Source: Zygophlyctis sp. KS116
Lineage: Eukaryota; Fungi; Chytridiomycota
DNA length: 32,000 nucleotides
Direction: 5' to 3'
Assembly: GCA_054661495.1 (NCBI GenBank)
Contig: BAAFSQ010000002.1
Location: 1 to 32,000, forward strand
Shown here: in pieces, positions 10,524 to 22,936 of the stretch
How the letters are laid out: each line of letters opens with the position of its first letter
Position numbering within the stretch: the stretch's first letter is position 1
Notes under the pieces: model-generated
What the model was told of the DNA's origin: nothing
Seen by the model: the letters and a program-made list of their open reading frames with translations, nothing else
The model's database searches: none
Made by a program: the position numbers and the translations under genes

Positions 10524-13500
10524 ATGTCCTTTTTGAGTAATTCTTCTTTTGGTCATAAACGTCCATTTTCTCAATTGTCTTCAATGAGAAAACGTCCCAT
10601 TTCTTTAACAGAGATTCCTGCTGAAGAAGACTTTAATAAAGCACCATTTAAAAAACCTTTTGAGATTTCTTCTGTTCCTGAAGATTTGGCATCTTCCGCA
10701 TCGACAGAGGAAAAGGAAATACCTGAAATTATACCCGAGCGAACCGTGAATGAGTCTGCAAAGGAGGAATCGAGTCTTGTTAAAGTCTCAAAAACTGTAG
10801 ATTCTCCTTTTAGAAAGAGTTCAACTAGAACATTGGTTTCTAGATCACCCTCAAATGTGAATAAAATGGACTCAAACTCTGCGTACAGTTTCCTGGGGAA
10901 TTTGATTGAACGTGAAAAAGAAGAATATAATTCTAACATCAATAATCTGGTAAAGTATAAACTATTTAAAATAGAAAAATGAATTATTAATTGCTAATCA
11001 AAAAATTTCAACTCTAGAAAGTGATGTAGAGTCTAAAAATGGGAAAATTGGTGATTTACAAGGGGATTTGGATTTTCAATTGGAGAAAAATCAAGTTTTG
11101 ACTCAATTGTAACAAGTTTTAATTGAAAAAAAGGGAAAACTCGTTGAATCATCTCAGTAAAGGCGTAAAAGTAGATTTTACTTTATAAGGCAATAGGAAA
11201 CTAGCAGCGATTTAACATCCAGAATGGGATCTATTGAGAGACTCGTCACGGAAAAGGTTTCAGAGTTGCAGTCTAGTATTTATAATTTTTATTGATTGAA
11301 AGAGCTTGAATCTCTTCGAAAGCGTCACCAAGAATTGAAGAAACGAAATGATGAAAATGAAGAAAAAGGTAAAATAATTATTCTCATACAAGAGCGTTTA
11401 TCAAATCAAAACTTTAATCTTTTACAATCAAAAACTATTCAGGAAAAGAAATCTTATGAATCAGTAATTGAATTTAAGAATGGTGAAATTGAAAGTCTTG
11501 AAACTCTTTTAAAACAAAAAAAATTAGATCAAGAGGAAGATTTACAGAATTTGAAGGCTCGTTTTCAACAAGAACGAAATGATTTTCGTACTGAAAAGGG
11601 TATTTTACTTTTAAGTAATTCTAGCTGATATTTGCCGTGAATTTAAACAAGAAATAAAGGAACTGAAAGAAAGTCACAAGCTAAATCTTGACGAATTATC
11701 AGCTCGAATTTCGACAGAAAATTTGGCGAGAAGAACGGCTGAAGATTCTCTTTCAAAATTCAGAAATGAATACCAAACTAATTTGAATAATTTGAATAAT
11801 GAATTGATGCAAATTAAGTCAAAATTGGGGACCGCAAATGATTGCTTACTTCAGGAAACTAAAAAAAATGAGGATCTTTCTAGAGAAAGAGTGGAATTGA
11901 AGCAAGAAAAGGAAAATCTTGGTTCACAACTTCAAAATCTACAAAAATTAAATGAAAAGGCTACATTAGATCTTAAGGAGGCAAATTCAAGAATTGTTGC
12001 TCTTGAGAAAGATTATGAAAGGTTAGAAAATGACAAGAATAGTTTGACTTCAATTCATTCAATTTTGGTAACAAATTATGATAATCTTTCTAAAGATTTT
12101 GAAAATTCGAATTCCAGGATTGCTTCTATTAATAATCTCTTTGAACAAGCCTCAGAAATGTAAGTATTTTCAAACTAAATTACATAGAATTCGCAATTCT
12201 CTTGGTATTGATATAAATGAAATGGACTTTTCTATTTTGGACATTCCTAATGACAGCTCGGCTGAAAAGTAATTTTACTTTGAAAATTTATTTATAGATT
12301 ATTTTCTTTAATTGAAAATGTTCATCAATCTTTGGTTAAAACTCTTGCACTTGTTCGTGAACGAAATGCACAACTTGGTGTAGAATTAGATCGGATTTCA
12401 AAGGAGGGCGATTTAAAGGATGAGAAATATCAGCAAAATCTCGAATCCCTTGAAAAAGAAAATGATGAAGCTTTAAAGCAACTCGATTTCTTGAAAACGA
12501 ACAAGGAGGAAAAGCTAAAAAATGTCGAAAAGGATTTAGAATTGGCTCATCAAGATCAGAAAAAACTGGAGGTAAAATTATTTAAATCGATTCTAGTCCA
12601 AACTTGAAGAAACTTATAAAAAGTTGAAGTCTGCAGAAAATGGACTGTTAGAAACGGCACGTAAGCTTCGTGATCTTGAATCTAAAAATGTATTTCCCAA
12701 AAGATAATTTTAGACGATTCTTCAAAAAGAAAATTCTAAACTAAATGAAGAATTTAATCTGCTAAAGAAAGTACCTCTTCCGATTCCTTCTGAAGAAATT
12801 TCAAAAAAGTATTTGGCTGAAGTCACTTTGCTCAAAAACGATTTGGACAGAATTGAAAAAGAAAAGGTAAGTACTTTACTGATTTCTAAATCAAGTCAAA
12901 ACTTCATTTAGAATTGGAAGTATTGAAGAATGGGGTAATTGATGATCTATTCTTAATTATAGAATGAAGCAATTATTTCAGAAATGCGTGAAAAATGGAA
13001 AGAGTCATTATATGCAAAGGAAGTAACTTTTCTTTTTTTTAACCTTTTAGGCTGACTTGAAGAATCAATTGAAGCAAAAAGATATGATTATCAAACAAAA
13101 AGAACTCTTTATCGAAAAAATGCAACATGTATTGATTTACTCTTTCTAAATTGAAGATTGGAACTCCTATATCTGCTAAAGGAAAGAATGAAGCTCAAAC
13201 ACATCGTATTTCTCCCTTAAAGTTCAAATCAGTCATTGGAATTGAAGAAATGGGCGATAAAACACTAGTAGATCTCTCAATGGAAGATATTAACATTGAC
13301 GATCAAGGATTTGTTGTAGAATCTCCAAAAATGTCCCAGCGAAGAAACACCAGGTATTTTAAAGAGTTAAAATTGTAGACAGAATGTAAAGTCTGGAGAC
13401 ACGGACACTTTAGCAAAGGTAATAATGTCTATTTAACACTTAGGGAAGAAAGAAATTGCCTCCTTGGAATCGATCAACAGCAAATAGCCGATCAAATCTA

Positions 13501-13614
13501 AAGACTGAGTTTGGAAAGGATAAAGGTCATTCTTCACGAAAATTGAGACGATCTGGATCTATCTCTAGCTACCCATCAGTTCTTGATGAAAATACCTTGT
13601 TTGACTTACATTGA
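10524..13614 (+). CDS. Long coiled-coil protein with low-complexity S/T/P-rich termini, many short introns
   Basis: Successive E/K/L/Q-rich heptad ORFs (11296-12607) separated by 24-30 nt GT..AG introns. Probable stop TGA at 13612-13614. Not every exon boundary was resolved. Confidence 0.7.
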
Positions 13615-13692
13615 ATCAATAACTACATTTGTTTTTGTAACAAGGATGTTGTATATTGATTGCGTCTGTAAGGCCTGAGATTAATTAGGGCA

Positions 13693-14009
13693 ATGACGAT
13701 ATCGTCCGTATCTTTCCAAGTATTTGGCAAAGTCCAGGGTGTTTTCTTTAGAAAATGCACTCTAGCAAAGGCTACAGAATTACAAGTCTATGGATGGGTG
13801 CAGAATGATCAGAATTCTGAGCGATCAGTCAGTGGAGTCGTGCAAGGATCGCAGGAACAGATTGAGAAATTGTAAATTTATGCACTAAAAATTATAGTAA
13901 GAGTTGGATCTCAACGCATGGATCGCCTGCATCAAAGATTAAGGAATGTAAATTCTTTGATCAAAAAGAGATAGACACTATAGAGTATAAAAACTTTGAA
14001 ATTCGCTAA
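13693..14009 (+). CDS. Acylphosphatase
   Basis: VFGKVQGVFFRK...GWVQN; after intron 13872-13897: WISTHGSPASKI...YKNFEIR*. Confidence 0.93.
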
Positions 14010-14031
14010 TAAAAATTACAAAAGAAAACAA

Positions 14032-16755
14032 TTAATCAGTAGAGTTTCCATTAACCTCTTTTCCGTGACAGAAAAAAATTCGAGCCTCTCGAGTTCCAGC
14101 ATTGGAAATCCGATACTGATTTCCTAAAGTTTTATAAAAGTTAAAATACCCCTAGGGACAAAGAATTGTGCGCCAGTACCAACAGTAAATATGGTCTTGT
14201 GAATTTGCACTTGAACTTGTCCCGCCATAACTACAAAAATCTAATGATTAGGAAATTAAGATATACCATGGCAGAAGAATTAGAATTTTTGTTGGGTTTT
14301 TGCGAGCCTTTAGGAAGATACAAAACTCCAGATGCTAGAAATTCACCTTCGCTAAAGACTTTTTGGAATCTATAGTCTCCCGCACCTACTGTTCGTGGAT
14401 CAATCATATCGGGGGTAACGACAATTTCTGTTTTAATTCATATTTACAAAACCTTACGTTGATCTTCTTCTTTTTGAGTGATATAATTAATCACTGGTAG
14501 ATCAGTCTTTTCAATCTTTAGAGTTTCTTTCTTCGAGTCAGATTTCTTCCTAAGAGGATTGTTCTCAGAATCGGATTCAATTCGAATAACCTCTTTCATC
14601 ACTGGAACGGGACAATATCCTATAATTTAAAATATAGATAATTACCCGAATCTCTTCTACCATAGACTATTTTTTCGTTTCTCCAATATGCCAAGGGTGG
14701 GATCTTTACTCTTTTACTTTTTCTCATTCCGTTTGGGTCTTCTTCTTGATCATCAGCTTTGAGATCACTTGGATAAAGAGTTCCTAGATATATATTATCA
14801 AAATAAATTTACTTTTAACCGGTTTCTTCGCAACTGCTTGTTTTTCTGTCTTCTCTCCAGCCAGTTTTCTTTCAAATGACTTGGAAGTGTTCTAAACATG
14901 AGTTTATAATAAGGAAAAAACCTTTTTTCCTTTGGGCCTTCCTCTCTTAGATACTACTGGATTTGGAGCTTCTTCAATGGGCTGAGAAATTGCTTCATTT
15001 GTTTCATAATTATCGTATGCATATTGATCTTCAGCTTGATCCGGGAAATCATTATATTCCCCGCCTTCAAATCTTTCCTGAATGTCTTCAACGGAGACCT
15101 TTTGAGATTTTGTCGATTGAATCCGATTTTTACCCAAAGAGAGAGAACGAGCAATTTCTTCTTCATATGTAGTGCCTTCCAATCTGTGATTCTTTGAAGG
15201 GGTTCCATGGGTGTAATCATTGTATTCATGATGGCTTGACGGAGATTGTGGCATTTTTTTGGATGACATATGTATTGATGCTCTACTATGAGGACGTGAC
15301 CCATAAGGAGCACTAGATTCCAACTCCTTTTGACTTAACGGTCGCACATGAGTTTCTGGATAAGATAGACTCTTGCGAATTCTCCTATCTGATCGTGGAT
15401 AATCACTATTTTCATACTCTACCTGTTCCGGGTGGTATGATTGACGTCCAGTGAATCCTTTTATTTCTTTGCTTAATCTCTCCTCAGGGTATTCAGCATT
15501 TTTGTAATCGTCCTGGCCATGATTGTATGATTGACGTCTACTAATGGCTTTTACTTCTTTGCTTAATCTCTCTTCAGGATAACCCACGTTTTCGTAATCG
15601 TCGTGGCCATGGTTGTATGATTGACTTCTAGTAATTCCTTTACTGAATCTTTCTTCGGGATAATCATGGATGTCTCTATCATCGTGAACCTGTTGGTAAA
15701 CCTGGCGATTCCGAAATCCAATATCCTTTTTCCTTACATCTTCAGGATAATCATCATGATCGTAATCCACCTGTTCTGGGTGGTATGGTTGTTGTCTACT
15801 AATCCTTTCTCCATTTTTTTTAACTAATCTTTCTTCTTCGTAACTATTTGAAGACTCTGGGTACTTGAGCTGTGATCGATTCACTCTTGGGGAATAACTT
15901 TGACCTCCAATATCATTCGATGCTAAAGAACGAGAACGATTCATTCTGCCAACAACCACTTTAGGTGAATTCTGGTACCCATCTCTATTATACATTTTTG
16001 ATTCTCTTCTAACATGAGTCTGCAAAGGCGATTGTGAAACATCATGTTTCGCATTATCTGAAAAATAACCATCATTGCCTACTCTGGGAGAAGCAGGATT
16101 ATTGTGCTGTCTTTTTACTGAATAAACTGCACGACTGATGGGCATATCCATTCTATATTCATCATCTTCCACGTCTTGACTTTCATAAACATCATTTCTA
16201 CGGGGTCTTGCAGGAGATTCATATCTACCCATATCTTCATGATATCCATCTCCATAGCCCATTGCAGATCTACTTTTAACACTAAAAGTTTGATCTGGAC
16301 CTGCATCGTTCCTGATTGCAAGAGGAGTCCTTGCCAATGGTCTGGTGGGAAGAAACCCAGTCACTTGATCTTCCTCAAAGAAGCCAGGTGAATGATCCGC
16401 ATGATTTTCTTCCTCTTCTTGAAACAATTCCTGAGCGATTTCCTCTGACGGAACGCGCTGCCGTCCTCGATGACGAAAACGCTCTTGCCTTCTTTCATCT
16501 CTTGTCATGCGATGTTGGCGAGCAGCTGGTAATATATTTTGAGAAATGTGCTCCTGAATATCTTCATCTGATGAAAATTCCTGAATTTCCGGCTCAGAAT
16601 CAAAGAAATCATCAATATTTGCCAAACCATCTGAATCGCGTTTAAGGTTTGGTTTGCTAGTCCATCCGGTTTTTCTAAAAATACTTAAATTACCATGCAT
16701 ACCTTCCACGAACACCCAATTCAAAGTATTGATTAGACCGATTCTTGTTGGTCAT
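14032..16755 (-). CDS. MIF2: Inner kinetochore protein CENP-C / Mif2
   Basis: Spliced N-terminus FELGVRGRKTG...RDSDGLANIDDFF (Mif2_N), AT-hook KRGRPK, CENP-C motif RKSKRVKIPPLAYWRNEKIVY, C-terminal cupin (FFVPRGNQYRISN...ARIFFCH). Confidence 0.93.
15400..15845 (-). repeat. Coding tandem repeat, ~90-nt / 30-aa unit, inside CENP-C
   Basis: ATGATTGAC recurs at 15437, 15527 and 15617 (exact 90-nt period). The protein unit is approximately RQSYNHGQDDY....YPEERLSKE; more diverged copies extend to ~15845. Confidence 0.85.
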
Positions 16756-16760
16756 CAGAA

Positions 16761-16786
16761 AACGCGAAAATTTTAAACCACGAAAA
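16761..16786. promoter_or_regulatory. Paired SCB/E2F-like G1/S elements upstream of CENP-C
   Basis: CGCGAAA at 16763-16769 and CACGAAA at 16779-16785, within 30 nt of the MIF2 ATG in a 98-nt intergenic gap. Confidence 0.45.
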
Positions 16787-16853
16787 TTCTCAAAATCAGT
16801 TTCATTCGTTGTATTTCTACTGTTCTACTGTTCTAAATCCAGCCTTTAAAATA

Positions 16854-18593
16854 CTAAAATGTGTCTAATACATATTTCAAGGGTTCAGCTAACAGACCAA
16901 GTCTATGACGAAGAGAATCTGTATAAATCCATTCTAAAACTCGTGCTGGAGATATGATCTTGCAATAATGCATTCCTGGGATATAATCTGAGATTCTCTT
17001 AAATGAAGTATTTAAAGAAGTCTTGAATTCAACAGAAGACACCATCATTCGCGTATGTCCATTCCTCGTCTTTAATTCAAATTTTAGAGGAGCATATATC
17101 CAAAAAGGTCCGGCAGGTAGCAGAGGTGACTGATCTTGTTCAAAAGCCATTTCAATACCATATTTTTTATAGAATTTTAATCGTCTGGGTTCAACTAAAT
17201 CAGTAGCAAGTTGATAAATCTTTTCATTAATCTCCTTGCATTTGGAAGAAGGATCAGTTTCATTAAAGTCCAAATTAATAGCCATAGGATTAGACGTAAC
17301 TTGTAAAAAACTTTGGTGAGATTTCAGTTTCATGCGGATTTCAGACGCTGAAATATATGTAGTTCCTGCATCAACAAATTCATCAAACATATCATATACA
17401 TTTTCAGAAACAGTAGTCACATTTAATATACAATTTTTTGTAGAACCTGTGCAGTCATTCCAAATATGAGGAAGATGTGTAGGAGTAAATTCTGAAACTT
17501 TATGAAAAGCATCCTGAACAGATATAGAGAACCGAGATTCATCCAAACCTGCCATAACATTCGTAGCATATTGTGCAATTGGTGATCCACAAAAACAATC
17601 AATCTCTTTAGATACTTTTCTTTCTTCCTTTTGAGGAGGCCATGCAGGATAAAAAGGGCAGTGAGGACTGGGGAGATCAGAATTACACGGTGGCTTCAAT
17701 CTATAACTCCCTTCAAGAATCAATGAAGAAATCATTGGTTGCAAAAATTCTCTAGTAGAAGCTACAGCCTTTTCTAATTCCCCAAGTCCATTATCCGTCT
17801 TGTCTCTTAAAAATGAATTTACAGTAATAAAAGCCTTGATTAATCGTGCAATTCTCTGATGCGCAACATCTTCTGGAACCTAATATAAATTATTTTAAAT
17901 AAATACCATTGGTTGAAGATCCTTTTGCCTTACCAGATAAGGAATATTTGAATAAGTAGCACATGCCATATGTGTTAAACCTGGTAGAATTATTACTGGA
18001 CGATATGTAATCGCCTCTGGTCCCTTATTCAACACATTATGATAGAAAGCCTCGGCGCTTCTCATTGGTTTAAACTAATATTATAATAATAAATGTACCT
18101 GAGAATCTAATTCACCATTGATCGACATGACTGGAATTTGGATTTTATCCGGGGATATATCATACGTTCGGAGTAAGATGGATCCGAGTAAAATTACACC
18201 TTGAGCAAAATCAGGATGTTTGGATACAAAGTCCTGTACTGTAACGCCACCAAGCGAATGTCCGGCAATATATATTGATCCTTGAGGATTAAACCCAGAT
18301 CTAATGAGTTCGTTACGAGCAGAAATGATCTTTTTGTGTGCACCAAACAATTGGAGTGGAACTTCCAATCTAGTTTCAGCAATCATCACCCAGACGTTTT
18401 CGGAGAAGCTGGCATGGATCTGGTATGCGAGGCCATTGTACTCTGTATGGTTGATTCCCGCACTATCATTATCATATGAAATATACCCCTGAAGAATGAT
18501 CACCGCAAGATCTGTACTTTGATTTATAGGCGATAGCAAAAGAGAAAACGCATGAGACAAATACAATATAATCCACAGACTGAGCATTATCAT
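16854..18593 (-). CDS. Secreted alpha/beta-fold hydrolase
   Basis: Signal peptide, nucleophile elbow [24 protein letters not shown], a later His-containing segment (PGLTHMA) and a Cys-rich C-terminal domain. Short introns near 18463-18486, ~18075-18098 and ~17880-17906. Confidence 0.8.
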
Positions 18594-18696
18594 AAAAAAC
18601 CTAGTGCGAGTCCTGCCGTAGTTTTAGCAGTGTCCGAACGTTTTTATCAAGCTGATCTCAGCCTTATCATTAATAGTTCTAAATCAAGTCGTTTAT

Positions 18697-20523
18697 TCAA
18701 TCATCATCGGTATTATCTAAATATACTCCCAAACAGTACTCTTTTAATTCAGAATATGCCTTTTCCAAATTATCATTGATGATTTTAAAGTCAAAAAAGT
18801 CTGCAATGTTATATTCATTGTTGAATGCTGCTTCGGCACGTATCAGCCATTGTCCTATTTCAGTCCGAAGAACTTCATTGTACCCGGAAAAGTCTGCAGC
18901 TGATTTATTAGCTATTCCATTCTTCATAATGTTATTGTAGATATCCTCTAGCTCGCATGATGGTACTTCAGGATGTGCTAATGCTAATCTTTGACGGAAA
19001 CGCTGGTGTAAAGAGTCTTCATTAGGAACAGTGATAAATATATATCTTGGATTTAAATGTGATTTCTTAAGTGATAGCACACCCTAAATTATAAAAGGAT
19101 TAATGTACTTTACCTCAGTCTCCAAATCCATAATACATATTTTACCTTCTTCTGTGACCCTATCTATTGATTTAAAAGATGTCCCATAAATATGACCAAA
19201 AAGATTTGCAGTTTCTACAAAAGATCCCTTTTCTATTTCGGCGTCCATTTCCGGTTTTGTTACAAAATGGTAATGGACTCCATTTTCTTCCTGTCCTCTA
19301 GGTTTACGTGTGGTATGAGAAATAGAGAGTCCGAAAATATGTGGAAATTCTTGTAAAAGTTTTTTGGTTAAAGTTCTTTGGTTTTAGTCTTCTAGGATTT
19401 GTATTATACCTTTTGCCGACTCCGCTAGGACCACACAATACAATTGGTCGAAGTCTACTCGATTGCATCAAATCAATAGCCTTGATTTTAGCAGGCCTTC
19501 CTAATTGTTTTTTAACCAAGTCAGTCTATTTTTAATGAATTAATTAATACATGGTGACTACTAGCCATAACTGCTGCTGGAGGGGAATGTTTGTTCAATG
19601 CAGCAATCTTCTCTTCTGGTAAAATGATTATGTCATCTAGATTAGTAAGATGAGAAATTCCATGAATTGTTCTTAAGCGATAGTCCTTTTGAAATGCAAG
19701 CTGCTTTGGAACAATTGGATTACCAAAAAGTTTTAAACTTCTTAAAGTCTCGACTTGACTCAAAAATTCCAATTCATCTGAATCATCTATCAAATTATCA
19801 GACAGATCAAGAACTTTTAAACGTTCACGATCATCTTCAAGTCCAGATATTGAGCGGATCTTATTATTGGCAAGATTTAATTCTTCCAAAGTAGTAATAT
19901 TTGATAGACCAGATACAGATCGTATTAGATTTTTTTGCTTTCTGTTAAACACTTATCTTACCAAATTCAAATATACAAGTGGAAGATGATCCAAGTTTTC
20001 GATTCTTTCAATTAAGTTTTGGGAAAGATCAAGATGAGTCAAATATTGACATTGATCAAATCCCTTGATCTCCTGTATTCTATTTCCTGACATGAGCATA
20101 TCGGTTTTTACATACCTGATAAGTTACATTTTCTCAAAAATATATATTCGTTGAAATCCCAACCATTGAATTTGTTGTGCGATAGATCGATCTCTTGTAG
20201 ATTATCAGGAATTTTAATGTTGAGTCCGGACAGATTATTCTTTGCGAGATTAAGTTTGACTAGAAACGGCAAGTCCAATTCAACGTTTATATCTATCTTA
20301 TAAATGCTAATAATATAATACCAGTCAATGCATTATCTTCCAGCTCTAAGATCTCAAGATATCGAAATTGCTGGACAATCGCCAAATCTTTAAAATTCAA
20401 TCCCTTTTATTTAGTTGCAATTATTACATTCTTTGAAAACTTTGTGTATACTAGGCCTGATCCATCGCATGCAAAATCAGGACCCGATAAGCCATCATCA
20501 TCTTCGGATGAAATTACTTGCAT
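18697..20523 (-). CDS. LRGUK: Leucine-rich repeat and guanylate kinase domain protein (single spliced gene)
   Basis: SDS22-like LRRs plus LRR cap (YRLRTI..ISHLTNLD...EEKIAALNKHSPP) join in frame via intron 19526-19550 to a guanylate kinase domain (LCGPSGVGKRTL, SHTTRKPR..E.NGVHYHFV, YGTS, IINDNLEKAYSELK). Confidence 0.88.
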
Positions 20524-20616
20524 CTATCAAGTATGTATTTGGAATATCTTCCGATTTGATAAATGCGACGTCATGAAATGAAACAATCAATTTAAAAAAC
20601 ATAATTCTTAAATATC

Positions 20617-22797
20617 TTAAATCTTGCGATTCGACGCCACTGATCTAAATTGCTTTTCTATGATCGCTGCAACTCTTTGCCCATATTTACTAGATCTAAG
20701 ACCGGGAATATGTGGTAACAGATATCTTGTGCATAAATTACGCTGATGTTTGTCAGCAAGACTTAAAATATGCTGTACAACATAGTTTGCGTACTGGTCT
20801 TTCATCATATCTAAAATTCTAGGTTTTCCCCTTTCTGGTATGAGAACCTGATCGATAAGAGTTTGCAATTCAGATTTTGATGCGATTTTGAGACATTTTT
20901 CTACAACTTTTGATGCATACTGATCTAATGACATGATGTAAATGTCTCGCGTAAGCACTTTGATAATCATTTGACGATGCTCTGGATAACTGTGTTCTAA
21001 AATATGCTGGATAACATAATTTCCCCATTGCCCTGAGAATTAGTATGTTTTTAGAGAAATTATAAATCATAAGGAAATACATACCTTTTGATACAGACTG
21101 CAAATTTACAAAAATTTCATCGATAATCTGACTCTTTTCATGCATCCCACCATTCTCAAATATACACTGAACTACTAATGATCCATGTTCATCGTTTGCT
21201 ATTATTGCCCAATGTCCCTTTAGGCTATGGCAAACTCTTTCATAAAGCACAGGGAATGGTGTCTTCCATTTGATTTCAAAAATTCTTTGCCAGACATGGC
21301 TAGCAAATCGATGAGTGATTGACTCATTAATCTGCTGTAACATTTCTAGGATAATCACAATTTTAAGATCTTCCTCTACACGTTCAACAGCCTATTAATT
21401 AGTACGTGCATAACAAACCTTTTGAACTACATGACATCCAAATCGGTCATATGCAAGCTCCAAGACGTTCTTTTTCATTTTTTCTACAATACTTCTTATT
21501 TGGGGGACGCTTCCATACTATGATTAAAACTGGAAAAATTACTTCAAAACATTTCTGCATCAAGAAGTTTCCAAAACGGTTCTTCATTAGCTGAACTGAT
21601 TGGACGGCAATTGCCTCAAATATCTGACCCTTTATCTCCTCGCATTTTGTATGCTGTAGTTTTTGCTGAAGAAATAAAGAAATTGGCTGATCATTGGTTT
21701 TAACTATTCTATCAACCAAGTACTATTTTCAGTCTGGTAAAATATTACACGATAGTTAATCTGCTCCTCTGAATCTATTTGTGGAATTTCAGCCGTGTTA
21801 GATGATACAGATCTTGGAACCGAATAGCTGTCATTTGCCGAATTGGAAAAAAATGATTCATCTGCAGATCCATTCTGTCCAATTGATCCCTGGTATTATG
21901 ATTGTATGATAAAGTACCTCAAATGGCCGAGGGCCATTCCAAGCCGAGCTCCAAAGTGGTTTGTATTCATCTAATTTTGTCGCTATAGTACTTCCTGTTA
22001 ATGGCGTCCCAAAATCACTTCCAGCAGCACTAAAGGCCCGCTCAGATGAAGGCTAAAAAGGTCAAGAAGAAAAAATACCTGAGAAATTACGTCAAAGAAG
22101 CCAAAATCAACTGTTCCCTCGTTAAATGATGCCCAAATCGATTTAGATTGACCCAAAGTACTGTAATGCGCAGATGGATTCGATGCTGCGATCGAGTTTG
22201 ATCTAACAAACGGCCGTTTTGATACAATCCGATTTGAATTGAGCGAAAGAGGAATATCTTTAAAAAGAAGCTGTGTCGTTGATTCAATGCCTGATGTTTT
22301 CTTCAATTTTTCTATTTCCTCAGTCTTTTTTTGTAAGAGCATCTCGTCTTCACGTTTTCTCAACTGAAGCTCACTAACTTGAGTTTTTAAAGATTCCATT
22401 TCCTTTTGAAGAATCAACAATTTATCCTGGACTTAATGCATGCATGGCTTACCGAATCAGTCAAATTCCCAATCTGGCCATCCTGTCGGAGGTTAACTTT
22501 CGGCGATTGCGACTCTCGCTGTCTTTTGATCTAATCATAAAATAAATTCGATTACATTCAAATAATTGCGAAAAACTGATTGGATTTGTATTGCGGCCTT
22601 AATCTTGTCTTCACCGATCGATTCTCTTGGAGGATTTCTTATTGGAATGCTTTCTTTGAGATTACAATAAGACGGCTAAAGATTTACTGATTGCAATCGC
22701 TTACAAGAATTCTAATATCATTCATTCCTGATCCTATGGATCCAATAAGGCCACACGATCCCACATCATTGCTGGATTGGGACTGGAGCTTATACAT
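20617..22797 (-). CDS. Pumilio/PUF RNA-binding protein of the fungal Mpf1/Mcp2 (Puf8)-like type, N-terminal coiled coil
   Basis: DRIVKTNDQPISLFLQQKL, MKNRFGNFLMQKCFE, DRFGCHVVQK, HRFASHVWQRIFE, DEHGSLVVQCIFE, QWGNYVIQH, DQYASKVVEK, DQYANYVVQH. Start ATG at 22797 is inferred. Confidence 0.88.
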
Positions 22798-22936
22798 CTA
22801 CGTAAATCAGTTGAAAACGCGTGTCCGATCTCGGGCCCGATAATTATGATCTTGCGTCATTAGCACAAGTCTCATGATTTAAAGAATTTTTATTTCAATT
22901 ATAAAATATGACTATATAATAGTGCCTCCGTTTGAT

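Noticed and set aside
14954-16645. Antisense and alternate-frame ORFs over MIF2, and similar ones over other genes
   Set aside because: Shadow ORFs with no motifs, opposite well-supported genes.
19304-19519. Standalone guanylate kinase GUK1
   Set aside because: It splices in frame to the upstream LRR exons and has the GKR P-loop, which fits LRGUK.
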